Source: Macrostomum lignano (taxonomy: Eukaryota). From it: a stretch of 64,000 bases of DNA. Below are positions 13,401 through 46,100 of this stretch, one piece after another. The notes beneath the pieces are model-generated. The model worked only from the letters and a program-made list of their open reading frames with translations, was not told the origin of the DNA and ran no database searches. The position numbers and the translations under genes were made by a program. Within the stretch, counting starts at the first letter, position 1. Each line of letters opens with the position of its first letter. The stretch is taken from positions 470,459-534,458 of the forward strand of contig NIVC01000312.1 of the NCBI GenBank assembly GCA_002269645.1, in the 5' to 3' direction.

Positions 13401-14260
13401 TTGCAATCAACTGGACTAATCTCAACTCGACCGTGTCTAGAATGGACTGCAGTCTGTCTGGCGGCACCTACCTCACCAGTTTCTCGACCGCATCCAAGGC
13501 CTGCCCGCGGCCCTGTCAGAGCATCGTGTACGATCTGAACGTGCTGCGCAGTGCCAATAGAGTGTCGGCGTGGCAGGACTGCTGGTACATGTGGATGCTG
13601 ATGGATTCCACGGTGACCGCGCAACAAAGAGAGAGCTACTTGATGCAGCATCTCAACGCCAGCGGCGACAGCTTCAACGAATCAGTCTGCCGACGCCCCT
13701 GGTACCACCAGCTGCCCTACGTGAAGCTGAAGATTGTCCGGCAAGACTTTACCACCAGGACATTCAATGAGACTCTCGTACTCACCTCAGCGGCTCTCTT
13801 TGCTCAGGTGGGAGCGGCGCTGGCCTTCTATCTGGGATTGACGCTCACATTTTTAGCCGAGCTGGCCGATCTGGCCATCCGGTTGGGATGGCGGTGTCTC
13901 ATTAGTAAACGAAAATCCCGGCGTCAGAGAAGAAGACAACGTCAGAATCAGAACCAGAAACAACAGCAACAGCTGCGGAATCAGCAGAACCAGGCGGAAA
14001 TAAAGACTGAGTCAACAATAAATTCAGTAGCCTGCAGCAGCGGCCGCAATGGCGGTGGTCTCTGCATCGCCAACAACTCTGGTCAGGCTGTCGATGTCAG
14101 TCTCTCGGGCAGGGAGAACGCCTGGCAGGGCTTCGGACTTCATTGCGACTACATCTACGCGGACCAGGACGACTTTTCAGACGATGATGTCGAAGGAGAC
14201 GCAACCGCGGCGGTGTCCGACGACTTGCGATTGGATTCAGCTGACTATCGATACATCTAG
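7488..14260 (+). CDS. DEG/ENaC (amiloride-sensitive channel family) subunit, ~658 aa
   Basis: Exons 7488-7718 (CAG|gttggt), 7900-8574 (GAT|gtgagt) and 13190-14260 (tttag|ATT AAC), all phase 0. TM1 (LLRVFWTVFLLSSFVLAMSQVAFLL), FPAVSFC, Cys-rich thumb (DACLEHRIEQDVIDRCAC...CPRPC) and TM2 (LFAQVGAALAFYLGLTLTFLAEL). An interrupted duplicate of the last exon's 5' part lies at 10392-10567. Confidence 0.9.
9700..10270. repeat. Imperfect inverted repeat pair (~130-bp arms at ~9700-9830 and ~10150-10270)
   Basis: The reverse complement of 9700-9830 (...ttttactgtaagacaatcagtggcattgc...acttttgaatgaaatga...actgaattcattggaaagaa) matches 10150-10270. Confidence 0.8.
10003..10567 (+). repeat. Left copy of 565-bp direct duplication flanking the LINE
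   Basis: Runs gacaccatcatgag...gcctgcacccagcg and recurs at a constant offset of 2798. The ORF track gives identical peptides at 10213/13011 and 10311/13109. Confidence 0.95.
10568..12800 (+). mobile_element. 5'-truncated non-LTR retrotransposon, LOA/R1-like (RT + RNase H + C-terminal Cys/His motif)
   Basis: RT motifs (QHAFRAGRSTE, GSPQGGVLSP, YADD, KCLGI), RNase H (YTDGS, NEVLAI, HSDSQAAL, WIPGH...GNELAD) and CPFCE...HFVCHC. A 1-nt frameshift lies near 12203-12208, the ORF stops at 12684, and the tail is (AAGTC)n-like at 12779-12800. Confidence 0.95.
12801..13365 (+). repeat. Right copy of 565-bp direct duplication, containing the intact ENaC acceptor and exon start
   Basis: Appears identical to 10003-10567 and continues directly into the rest of the ENaC exon (ACTQR|LMRTDP). 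Confidence 0.95.
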
Positions 14261-14469
14261 ATTCACTCGAATTGCTTCAAATGTCTGCCTAGTCTATTGA
14301 GAGTTCCATTGGTCAAACTCGTATAGTCTACAGTTTTAATGTCGCTACATCTATGAAAATCTAAAAAGCAGGAGAAATGCACGCTTACTGGAACCCAAAG
14401 CTATGCTTGCAAGCAGGTGGATCTAGATAAACGTAAATTTTTTTAGCTAAGCTCACTGATTATTAGCTA

Positions 14470-15020
14470 GACTGGTAGATAAGCCTACAGACTGGTAGAT
14501 AAGCCTACAGACTGGTAGATAAGTCTACAGACTGGTAGCTAAGCCTACAGACTGGTAGCTAAGCCTACAGACTGGTAGCTAAGCCTACAGACTGGTAGCT
14601 AAGCCTACAGACTGGTAGCTAAACTTACAGACTGGTAGCTAAGCCTACAAACTGGTAGCTAAGCCTACAGACTGGTAGCTAAGCCTACAGACTGGTAGCT
14701 AAGCCTACAGACTGGTAGCTAAGCCTACAGACTGGTAGCTAAGCCTACAGACTGGTAGCTAAGCCTACAGACTGGTAGCTAAGCCTACAGACTGGTAGCT
14801 AAGCCTACAGACTGGTAGCTAAACTTACAGACTGGTAGCTAAGCCTACAAACTGGTAGATAATTCTACAGACTGGAAGCTAAGCCTACAGACTGGTAGCT
14901 AAGCCTACAGGCTGGTAGATAAGCCTACAGGCTGGTAGATAAGCCTACAGGCTGGTAGATAAGCCTACAGGCTGGTAGATAAGCCTACAGGCTGGTAGAT
15001 AAGCCTACAGGCTGGTAGCT
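14470..15020. repeat. 20-bp minisatellite ACTGGTAGCTAAGCCTACAG (~27 units)
   Basis: Directly visible; lies between the 3' ends of the ENaC and otopetrin genes. Confidence 0.95.
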
Positions 15021-15894
15021 AAGCCCCATTCCATCACTAACACAGCCCGCAATTAAAGAACGGATGCAAAATGTGTTGAATACCAATAGTTTTGGTGAAT
15101 TCTTCTAAAAATTCATACCTAACTTTGTTGCCAGTAGTTATGAAGACTGGCTAGCAGTACAGAATGTAATTATATTGTCCCATAGAAATTACAAATAGAG
15201 TAAATTGTTTATTTAGTAACATATTTTGAACATCTTTTATCAATAGTTTTTGTTTTAGTAGTTTAGTAGGTCGATACAAATTTGAAAACATTCACTATAA
15301 AGCGAAACAAATATTTTACGGAATCAACTACCTGTGCATTATAATTAGATCAATTCCTGTTTGCCTAAAAGTACATGAAATCATTTTGAGAAAGGAATCT
15401 GTTTTCCTAATATCTGCAGGCGCAAATTTTAAATAAAAATCTACGTAATAAGCTCGGAAGGCTACTTATTACATCAGTAGTAGAATGGGGATGATAAGCA
15501 TGATAAATACTCGAAAATTCATCGAATTAGCCATTGGCTTTTTAAGGGCGCCGAATTGCATGATAATTACATTTAGCTTCAGGTTTCCGAGACATAGGGT
15601 CTCAAAGCTGAGATTAGGTGTTGAATAGTGTCAATTAGAAAGATATTACAGGTGGCAAGCATATAGTTAGTTAGCAAAAGCGGGGAAGCCGGCCAAGAAG
15701 TCAGTGTCCGAAAATTCGAACAAATAAAGCTCATTTTACCGAATAGCAATGCAAAAGCTCTGATAATGTGTTTGTAAATAAATTTACTCCCTATATAGAT
15801 AGTGAATACAATTGTAAAACACGAGAAAATCACAAATACTAGCATTCACACAGTCTGTTCAGATATCACGAAAACTTTCTAAGGTTTGGAGATA

Positions 15895-16370
15895 GAGGTT
15901 GGCTTTGACTGGGCGTTGGTTGGCTATGATTGGGTGTTGGCTCTGATTGGGGGGTTGGCTCTCATTGGGGGTTGGCTCTGGTTGGGGGTTGGCTCTGATT
16001 GGGGGTTGGCTATGATTGAGTGTTGGCTCTGATTGGGGGGTTGGCTCTCATTGGGGGTTGGCTCTGATTAGGGGTTAGCCCTCATTCGGGGTTGGCTCTG
16101 ATTGGGGGTTGGCTCCGATTGGGGGTTGGCTCTGATTGGGAGTTGGCCCTGATTAGGGGTTAGCCCTCATTCGGGGTTGGCTCTGATTGGGGGTTGGCTC
16201 CGATTGGGGGTTGGCTCTGATTGGAGGGTTGGCTCTGATTGGGGGTTGGCTCTGATTGGGGGTTGGCTCTGATTGGGGGTTGGCTTTGATTGGGGGGTTG
16301 GCTCTGATTGGGGGTTGGCCCTCATTGGGGGTTGGCTCTGATTGGGGGTTGGCTCTCATTGGGGGTTGGG
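15895..16370. repeat. G-rich ~17-18-bp minisatellite TTGGCTCTGATTGGGGG
   Basis: Directly visible. Confidence 0.9.
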
Positions 16371-16441
16371 CTCGTTATTGGCTTGTTGTATTTCTGTACT
16401 GTTTAGTTTCAGTTAGTTTAATCCAAGAAAATACTTTTAGA

Positions 16442-33416
<16,975 letters not shown>

Positions 33417-34664
33417 TCGAGCAAGAACCTAAACACGAGCTGCGGTCAATGAAGTGACGAATGCATTTATATGCAGCTTTGCAGGCACATTCGCAATCAG
33501 CACGGCGTGGTTCGTATGAAAAAGTAATTTAAATAGTAGCTATTGATTATCGCTTTTTTGCTTCAGTAAAAATTAAGTAAAATAATTTTATGGGTGAAAT
33601 AATAAAGTTTACAAAGAAAATTTAATAAAAACTGTATAGAACCTGTTGCTGAATAAAAACATTAAAAAGAATTTGTTTATCTTTTGAGATTTTGATGTAA
33701 AACAAAACCTATTATTTAAAGGCGTAAAAAGCTATGTTTTGTTTTTTATAATTATCAGAGCTGTGAACAAAAAACGAAATTTTTTTTTACTAAACATACT
33801 AAGCGTTTTCTTCTTTTACTTTGTGGTATTTCCCTTAGATAGCACATTTTCAAGAAAGAATTTAGCGATAAAATTTCGAACTGAACGAGTATCTATAAAA
33901 GTATAAAATATATAAACTTTAAACAGGCCAGAAAATTTTTAAAAAATTAAGGAATGATTAAATCCTGCGTAACTTTTTTCTCACTTTTACCAGCAAGGAA
34001 AGTAATAATTAGACTCCACAAAGTATTCCAATTAAATTAGTTAGAACCATGCTACTATAATAATTTTGTTGGTGTTATTGCTTTGAGAACGAGCAACGAC
34101 CAAAATAAATTGTAATCAATTTGCTTAGTATTCATAAACAAATTAGGGTACCTAAATTAAAATAAGGTACATTTTGAATATAAGACGAGGAGAAGGAAAA
34201 TATATTTATATTCTAATTGACTTTTTCTTACCATACTATCAATTTATCTTATAGAAGTAAGACGTTTGATAACAAATATTTCTTCGGCAACAAATTAAAT
34301 ATATAGTTATAAATTATTCCATCTTTAAATTTTTATTCAAACGAGAACATTCTTAAGTAGAACTTATAAAGCCTATTTTCATTCGATTTGAGTGTACAAA
34401 AATTAACATTTTGAAGATGTGAATTTTTTTAGGTCTGACTTAGTGATACTAATAATTTTGAAACAAAATACAGATAAACTTTTGAGACTTTATTTCCGCT
34501 ATTTTACAAAATGTGTAAATAATATATTCCATTTTTTATGTCTATTACTATTCATTTATTTTAATTCATGCAGCAAGTGGCCGGGTGCGCCGCCCCTAGC
34601 CGCGGTCTCGAAGCGAGAGGGAGCTGCCGCCCGACCGTTGAAACTGAGCACAAAGCTCTCTGAA

Positions 34665-37427
<2,763 letters not shown>

Positions 37428-37514
37428 GCTGCTCGTTCCGCAACAGTGACCGAACCATGAAGCTAAAATTTTACAAAACCAACATCGACTGCTCCCGAAT
37501 CCGACTCAACATCC

Positions 37515-37745
37515 CTGACCCAGACTCCCTGACACCGACGTTACCTGACCCGGACTCCCTGATACCGACGTCACCTGACCCGGACTCATCGACACCGACG
37601 TTACCTGACCCGGACTTCCTGACACTGACGTTACCTGACCCGGACTCCCTGACACCGACGTCTCCTGACCCAGACTCCCTGTCGCCGACATCACCTGACC
37701 CAGACTCCCTGACACCGACGTCTCCTGACCCTGACTCTGACACTG
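37515..37745. repeat. 30-bp minisatellite GACACCGACGTTACCTGACCCGGACTCCCT
   Basis: Directly visible. Confidence 0.88.
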
Positions 37746-38214
37746 ACATTACCTACCGGTATACACAGTGTCTGACACTGACATCTTGTAACTCAGACTC
37801 TGACACTGGCATTACCTATACCCAGACTTTGACACCGACGTCACGTGAAATCCTGACACCGCCCACCGCCTAAACCAGACTCTGACAATCTGACACCAAC
37901 ATAATCTTTCTACATCCATCAGACCTTGACTCTCAGCTCAATGACATTATACCTCAAAAACTTCCATAGCTTTTTAAGGCGACCACATCCTCACCATACA
38001 AGTATATAATTCACAACCTTTCATACGACTTCCAAATTTAAGATTACATATTATATTTTATTCTTGATTCAACAGACAAGCAGGTTATTAATATTTATTA
38101 TTTTGCAGATAAATTGTGTACTTTTTTGTTTTTACCTTTCCATTGTTGTGTACCTATTTTGTGAAAAATTTAATTTTATGCGCTGATATTCATTGGAGAA
38201 CTTAAAATCATCCA

Positions 38215-38670
38215 GAGATAGACATTCGGGATAGACATTCGGGATAGAAAATCGGGATAGACATTGGAGATAGTCATTGGGGATAGACATTGGAGATAGT
38301 CATTGGGGATAGACATTGGAGATAGTCATTGGGGATAGACATTCGGGGTGGACATTGGGGATGGACATTGCGGATAGTCATTGGGGATAGATATTCAGCA
38401 TAGACATTCGGGATAGACATTCAGGATAGAAATTCGGGATAGACATTGGAGATAGTCATTGGGGATAGACATTCGGGATAGACATTGGGGATAGACATTC
38501 GGAAATAGACAGTGAGGATAGATGTTGGGGATAGGCATTAGGGATTAATGTTGGGTATAGATGTTGAGAATCTAGACATCGGGGATAGACATTGAGGATA
38601 GACATTGGGGATAGACATTGGGGATAGACATTGGGGATAGACATTGGGGATAGACATTGGGGATAGACTA
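38215..38670. repeat. 14-bp minisatellite GATAGACATTGGGG
   Basis: Directly visible. Confidence 0.9.
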
Positions 38671-39464
38671 GTTCTCCAAGCCGGTCATGCAAGCAAGTGA
38701 CAGACTGCTTCGAATTGATGATATTCCTCGGTTAATTAGAAAATAATTTTGCGCAAAGCAAGTAACGTCTTCCTTAGTTTCCTAGAAAATTTAGCTAGAA
38801 AAGCTTTTTTTCACATCAGATAGACACTTTACTCAAGAAAGTACAGTGAAAACTCAATGAAAACTTTTTTAGCATTTGAAGTATTTTACAGCGATGCGAA
38901 ATGACCTGATATTTCCCTGCTTTTTCTCAATGTAAATACATATTTTATTGCAATTTCTTCTGTAGTATTTGAAACCTAGAAGAGTACTCTAGAGGTGGCT
39001 CTGAAATGGCCATTCTAATTTAATTTTAGTAAGCATTTGTCTTGAAGCATTTATTTATTTAAGAAAATTAATTTTGCTGTTATCTGCAAGCATATGCAAG
39101 TTATGAGAACACAGGGGTCATAAAAAGTTTCACAAGTACATGCAGTCAACAGTACATGTAAATCATATATGGCATCATCTTAGGCTTAAAATTAATGCAT
39201 TTGCCAGTTAATAAAATAAACATAATAATGAATTCTCTAACATGATAAAAACTGAGAATCCGGATCCTTGTCAAGGGCTAAAGGCATTCAGAGACTGACA
39301 GAAATGTTCACCAACAGCTCATGATGGGGATATAAAAGTTAGCGGCTCAAGATTGCGATTTTTTATTATATGCGTGACATACATGCAGATAGTTATCTAA
39401 CATTTACTTGGTTTCTCTGTCAAATATCCAGATCTAGCAGTCAGAAATGTGGATTTATTAGGCA

Positions 39465-39990
39465 CCTGTCAGACATCTAGATTTACCTGTCTAACATCTA
39501 GATTTACCTGTCTAACATCTAGATTTACCTGTCAGACATCTAGATTTACCTGTCAGACATCTAGATTTACCTGTCTAACATCTAGATTTACCTGTCAGAC
39601 ATCTAGATTTACCTGTCTAACATCTAGATTTACCTGTCAGACATCTAGATTTACCTGTCAGACATCTAGATTTACCTGTCAGACATCTAGATTTACCTGT
39701 CTAACATCTAGATTTACCTGTCTAACATCTAGATTTACCTGTCTAACATCTAGATTTACCTGTCTAACATCTAGATTTACCTGTCAGACATCTAGATTTA
39801 CCTGTCTAACATCTAGATTTACCTGTCTAACATCAGATTTACCTGTCTAACATCTAGATTTACCTGTCTAACATCTAGATTTACCTGTCTAACATCTAGA
39901 TTTACCTGTCAGACATCTAGATTTACCTGTCAGACATCTAGATTTACCTGTCTAACATCTAGATTTACCTGTCTAACATCTAGACTTACA
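39465..39990. repeat. 21-bp minisatellite ACATCTAGATTTACCTGTC(TA/AG) (~25 units)
   Basis: Directly visible. Confidence 0.95.
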
Positions 39991-40136
39991 TGTGAACCAT
40001 CAATTCCTTCTAATTGACAACTGTTTTAATATAAAAAATCGTTGATGACAAAAACTTCGCTTTTTCAGCCAATGTTTGCGGATCCAAAAGCACACACTAC
40101 TATTGTAAGTAGCTATATAAAAAATCTAAAAACAAG

Positions 40137-43100
40137 TTACTTAGTAGAAAACTCGAACGTCTCTCCAACCAGCCGAGATTCGCTATTCAAAGCGCTGTTC
40201 AAACTGCCTCTGCTGGACTCGGGTGTCGCCAGGTTGTCAGCATCTGAGCGCTTGTAGGCTGGATTGTCGGTGCCGCTCAGGCGTCTGGGAGCTGACTGCT
40301 GTTGCTGCTGTTGCTGCTGCTGCGTGCCATCCGAGTCGTCGTTGACTGCTGATGCCGAGTTGCTGCCTCGACGTCGGATTTCAACAGTCAGGATATTCGG
40401 CTGCTGCTCCTGTTGCTGCTGCTGCTTCACGGACGGTCTGTAGAGCAGGACAGACGCGATGAGGAAAGTTAATTCGATGACTTTCAGGCCGCCAGCGAAC
40501 AGCAGGATGAGCACCCATAGCCAGTGGGCGTTGTAGTAGACACACGAGCCCTGAAGGCCGCAGCTGCTGTTCCACACGCTGCAGGTCGTGTCAATCAGAC
40601 GGCCGAGCAGCAGTGGCGCCGGGATGCTGCCAAGTAGACGCATCGTCAGAATCTGAATGCCGATGCCGAAGTCTTTCAAGTTGCTGGGCACCACGCTGCG
40701 GACGGGATGGACGGTGACAACTGCTTACAGGCTTACAGGTAGGTTTAGGTTCGGGCTAAGGAATACAGGTAGGTTTAGGTTGGGGCGAAGGTCTACAGGT
40801 AGGTTTAGGTTGGAGCTAAGGAATACAGGTAGGTTTAGGTTGGGGCGAAGGTCTACAGGTAGGTTTAGGTTGGAGCTAAGGAATACAGGTAGGTTTAGGT
40901 TGGGGCGAAGGTCTACAGGTAGGATTAGGTTCGGGCTAAGGTCTACAGGTAGGTTTAGGTTGGGGCGAAGGTCTACAGGTAGGTTTAGGTTGGAGCTAAG
41001 GTCTACAGGTAGGTTTAGGTTGGGGCTAAGGTCTACAGGTAGGTTTAGGTTGGAGCTAAGGTCTACAGGTAGGTTTAGGTTGGGGCTAAGGTCTACAGGT
41101 AGGTTTAGGTTGGGGCTAAGGTCTACAGGTAGGTTTAGGTTGGGGCTAAGGTCTACAGGCAGGTTTACGTTGGGGCTAAGGTCTACAGGCAGGTTTACGT
41201 TGGGGCTAAGGTCTTCAGGTGGGTTTAGGTTTTAGGCTAAGATTTAGGTTTAGATTAGGGTTAGAATATTTGCTAGTTTCGGCAGTAAAGAACATTTGTA
41301 GTCATCTGTCGCAGACTCGTGAAATTCTCTTTAATTTTTCTTGAGATGAAATGGCTGTGTGAAATTCTTTCGGCTAGTATTCTACTTAGAAAAGTAGTAT
41401 TACTTGATTTGGTGTATAAATATTTGAGTTATGGATGTATTCTAATTGGATGCATTTTCGATCTATTCGAATTAAAAACATGTCGCAATTGTGTAAAGTG
41501 TGACAGTTTAAGCAAAAAAATACGAAAAAGTACAGTCAGTACTTCTTTTACTCTTTCCCTTACAACAAGTTCGTTCAATCCTCACCTACCCTGTATCTTT
41601 CGAGAAGCTAAAAAACGTTTTTGTGAACGTGAATACGAGGTTCAAAAAAGAAGAGAAGAAGCCGTGACTGAATCTAATTGTCTGCATTCAATTCTTCATA
41701 TGGTGGCTAGAACGACACCGCACATGCAACGATTTTTTTACGTTTAGCTCTTAAGACAATCGCATGACTTGGCGAATGTTTCGGTCCGGGCTGGAGCCCC
41801 TGTCTCTTGGTGGGCGCTCCTGTCTCTCGGTCGGCGCCCCTGTCTCTTGGTGGGCGCCCTTGTCTCTTGGTGGGCGCCCCTGTCTCTCGGTGGGCGCCCC
41901 TGTCTCTCGGTGGGCGCCCCTATCTCTTGGTGGGCGCCCCTGTCTCTCGGTGGAAGCCCCTGTCTCTTGGGGGGCGCCCCTATCTCTTGGTGGAAGCCCC
42001 TGTCTCTTGGTGGGCGCTCCTGTCTCTTGGTGGAAGCCCCTGTCTCTTGGTGGAAGCCCCTGTCTCTTGGTGGGCGCTCCTGTCTCTTGTTGGGCGCCCC
42101 TGTCTCTTGGTGGAAGCCCCTGTCTGTTGGTGGGCGCCCCTGTCTCTTGGTGGGCGCCCCTGTCTCTTGGTGGGCGCTCCTGTCTCTTGGTGGAAGCCCC
42201 TGTCTCTTGGTGGGCGCCCCTGTCTCTTGGTGGGCGCCCCTGTCTCTTGGTGGGCGCCCCTGTCTCTTGGTGGGCGCCCCTGTCTCTTGTTGGGCGCCCC
42301 TGTCTCTTGGTGGGCGCTCCTGTCTCTTGTTGGGCGCCCCTGTCTCTTGGTGGGCGCCCCTGTCTCTTGGTGGGCGCCCCTGTCTCTTGGTGGGCGCCCC
42401 TGTCTCCTGGTTAGAGCCCCTGTCTCCTGGTTAGAGCCCCTGTCTGTTGGTGGGCGCCCCTGTCTCTTGGTGGGCGCCCCTGTCTCTTGATGGGCGCCCT
42501 CTGTCACTTAGCGGACGCTGAGGAGATGAGAAAAGAGAGCTAAGAAGAGACGCAAACGTTGACGGCATTGCTATTGTAAAGTTTCAAAGGACTCGAGGAT
42601 GTAGAGAACATGCTACAGAGTCGCATGAATTACGGTACCCCAAAGAGGAGCAAAGGTACTAGTCCACACTTACTAAATTAAGTGACTTGAACTGTAAAAC
42701 TTTCTATCTACATGCAAATACCCAGACTTTATTAAATAGCAGTTCTTGAATTAGCAAGTTTAAACTTCATTTAAAGTTTCCACGATCTGTAGAACACTTT
42801 GGTCTTAGCTCGTTAACTCTGCGCTCACAAGGCCATGTGCAGTGTGTCAACAGCGAGTTTCTCTGGGGCGTTGCTCTTCGGTGTCTCGCAACCCCCCTCC
42901 TTGTGTGCAGTCTCAGAAAGCAGAGAGGGCCGGGCAATCAAAAAGGCGTGCCAATAACCCAAGCCAAAGCAATGGCTATAAACTGGCTCTCCCTTCTCTG
43001 TTGTTATTAATGTCGCAACATACCAAAACTACTGGGTTGGCTCATTCATTCGGTCTGACTGTAACTCTGCCTCACTCGCACAGAAAAATTGGCAGTGTTG

Positions 43101-46100
43101 GGGTCAACTCACCGCATGATGGCCTGCAGAGTGGGTATGGTAATGAAGAACATGCAAAACATGAAGCAGCCGACCAGAGTCAGGAAGAGCGGCGCCGAGG
43201 TGCACTCGGTGCTCGGACAGTCACCCGACATCGCCGATATGTTGCGATCGTGCATTAATTTCATGGTCGTGACGCAGGAGCAGTTGGTGTAGTAGCGCTT
43301 CTGCAGCAATGAAACAATTTTGATGCATTTTTCTATGTTAGAGTCCACGTGGTTAAAAACGAGTGGGGTTAGAAAACTGGGTACCAAATTGGTTTTCATT
43401 TAGGCGCCATTGATTTCCACTTTGTTGACATTGATTTTCATTTCGAGTCGTTAATTTCCATTTTGGCCCCATAGATTTCCATTTTGGCCCCATAGATTTC
43501 CATTTTGGCCCCATGGATTTCCATTTTGGCCTCATAGATTTCCATTTTGGCCCCATAGATTTCCATTTTGGCCCCATAGATTTCCATTTTGGCCCCATAG
43601 ATTTCCATTTTAGCCCCATAGATTTCCATTTTGGCGCTATTAATCGATTTCTATTTTGCCGCGATTGATTTCTATTTTGGCGCCATTAGGTTGTATCTGG
43701 CGCCACACTGATTTTCATTTAGCGGCGCATGTATTTCTTTGAAATATAGTTCGGTTCTTCAATAAGCACAATTCGCTCGCTCACCCCATCGATGCTGAAC
43801 GAGTCGTTTCCACCTGAGCAGCCGGCGAAGCAGGGCGAGAAGTGCAGCACCCCGTCCGCGGAGCACACGGGATCGAACATGAACTTATTCCTGACGCAGC
43901 TGCAGTTGTAATTGCATGGCGCAGAGAAATTCGGATCCATATCCGGCACGAACTTCGTCTCCGGATAGGGCGACGTTACCCCGGCAAGAAGCTGCGGACT
44001 GCAGCGCACAACGAAAGAGCTCACGAGAGCCAGAGCGATTGTTGACGCTCCCACATTCATCCAAATCAACCGCTGCACGGGCATGGCAACAAATCGAATC
44101 ACCATGGCGCCAGTGAACAGTCCCAGCGCGCCGCACGGCACTGACACCAAGCCGATGGTCAGCGTGGCGGTGCTGGCCGCCATTCTGAAGAACTGCTGCA
44201 TCAGTTTCGGGCCAAACGTGGCCAAACCTGTGATGGTGATGCTGGCGGCCGTGCCGGCCAGGGTGAGGCACACGAAAGTCGGTATGCTGAAAATGATGCC
44301 GGCTGTGGGTAGAAAGTCCTTCATCGTCACAGTCAGCTGGGCGCTGCGCTGCGCCGAGTCGCCGTAGCTCTCCTCAGTTCGGGCGGCTCGTTTGCGCGCC
44401 GAGCCGCGGAAGCTCTTAGGAAAGCCGAACATGGGCAGCACACCCATCAGCGAGATGGAGCCAGAGATCAGGAATCCGATCCACCAGGCGCCAACCCACA
44501 GATTTGTGTCGTCTGGACTGAGCTCCTTGGGCTTGTCCAGATCCACGTAGATGTTCACTATGATGCCGCCGAGTAAGTAGCCGCTAGCTGGTCCGACTAG
44601 ACCGATTAAGTAGTACAAGCCTGGAGAATGATTTGCATTGGCTCTTCAAATGATTATGCTGACTAGGCGAATTAGGGACGGATTAGGTGAAAAAAATTGA
44701 ACGGCAATCTAAATAGCAGACGATTGAGCAATCCAGGTAGCACACGATAGCAGATTGGGTGATTCAGGTAACACACGATCCCAGATTGAGTGATTCAGGT
44801 AGCACACGATCCCAGATTGAGTGATTCAGGTAGCACACGATCCCAGATTGAGTGATTCAGGTAACACAGATCCCAGATTGAGCAATCCAGGTAACACACG
44901 ATCCCAGATAGAGTGATTCAGGTAACACACGATCCCAGATTGAGCAATTCAGGTAACACACGATCCCAGATTGAGCAATTCAGGTAACACATGATCCCAG
45001 ATTGAGCCATTTAGCGAGCAGAAATCTTCAAACTTACCAAGAAACACCCCGGACTCTTTAATAGACAGATTATCGTCTAGGTAGGACACAGCCAGGGTGA
45101 AGAATGGCGCACCACCTATTCCGTGCAAAAGTTGGGCCGCCCAGAAGACCCATTTGAAGTAGTTCTGGTTCTGTTTGACGCAGAACTCCGGATACTCGAC
45201 ACCGTCGGCATAGCACACTGGCTCAACCTGAGACTGATAGACGTACTTGCCAGCAATGAAGTACGGGCTGGAGAACAGGAAGGAGCCGGTAGCCACCAAG
45301 AATGCTCCCACTGAGATGAATCGACTGCGACGATACAGTCTGCCGTAGTAAGTGATGGGCACTATGGCCAGGCAGGCCCCGATGTCGTAGGTTGACGCAA
45401 TCATTCCGGCCTCCACCGACTGCAGGTCAAAACGCCTCTCAATGCTGGTTAGCACGGAGTTTAAGAAGCCGTTCAGAAGCATGCCCTGAAAATTGGTTGT
45501 TTGTTTTGCAAATTCGCAACGACATGTAAACCTGTTTGCTGGCTTTGTACATCTGTACATATTGAGGTATACGAATGTTTGCAGCACCAGGGGCGCCAGC
45601 ACCAAGGGCGCCAGCACCAGGGCGCCAGCACCAGGGGCTTTAGCACCAAGGGGCTTTAGCACCAAGGGGTTTTAGCACCAATGGCTTTAGCACCAATGGG
45701 TTTTAGCACCAGGGGCTTTCACACCAGACGGCGCCAGCACCAGGGGCGCCAGCGGCATCAGAGTTACCTGAGCATAGGAGATGACGCTGAGCCACAGCAG
45801 CAGGCAGGAAGGCCTTGCAAAAAGCTGGCAGAAGCGCGGCTTGCAGCAGATCCAATCGCATTGAATTTCATTTTCGATATCCTCCGGAACCTCCGCAGTC
45901 TTTGTCTCCGCTGGAGAGGTCTCTTTGTCTGCGATGGGACAATGGTACCAGTAATAGGTTCATGCTCGAAGCAAGACTGAGTAGTCTTGATATTTTATAT
46001 CGCTATATAAACTTTAAATCTTGCTATCAATATTAATAAATCTTTAGCTAGCTCACTAGCTCACTAGCCCACATTTGAAAGAACACTCACTAGAGAATCC

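Noticed and set aside
34419-34573. N-terminal part of ORF 34419-35075
   Set aside because: AT-rich and non-coding-like up to the cag at 34573; probably an intron or outron.
41225-41265. TTAGGG-like motifs here and within 15895-16370
   Set aside because: Only isolated hexamers; no telomeric tract.
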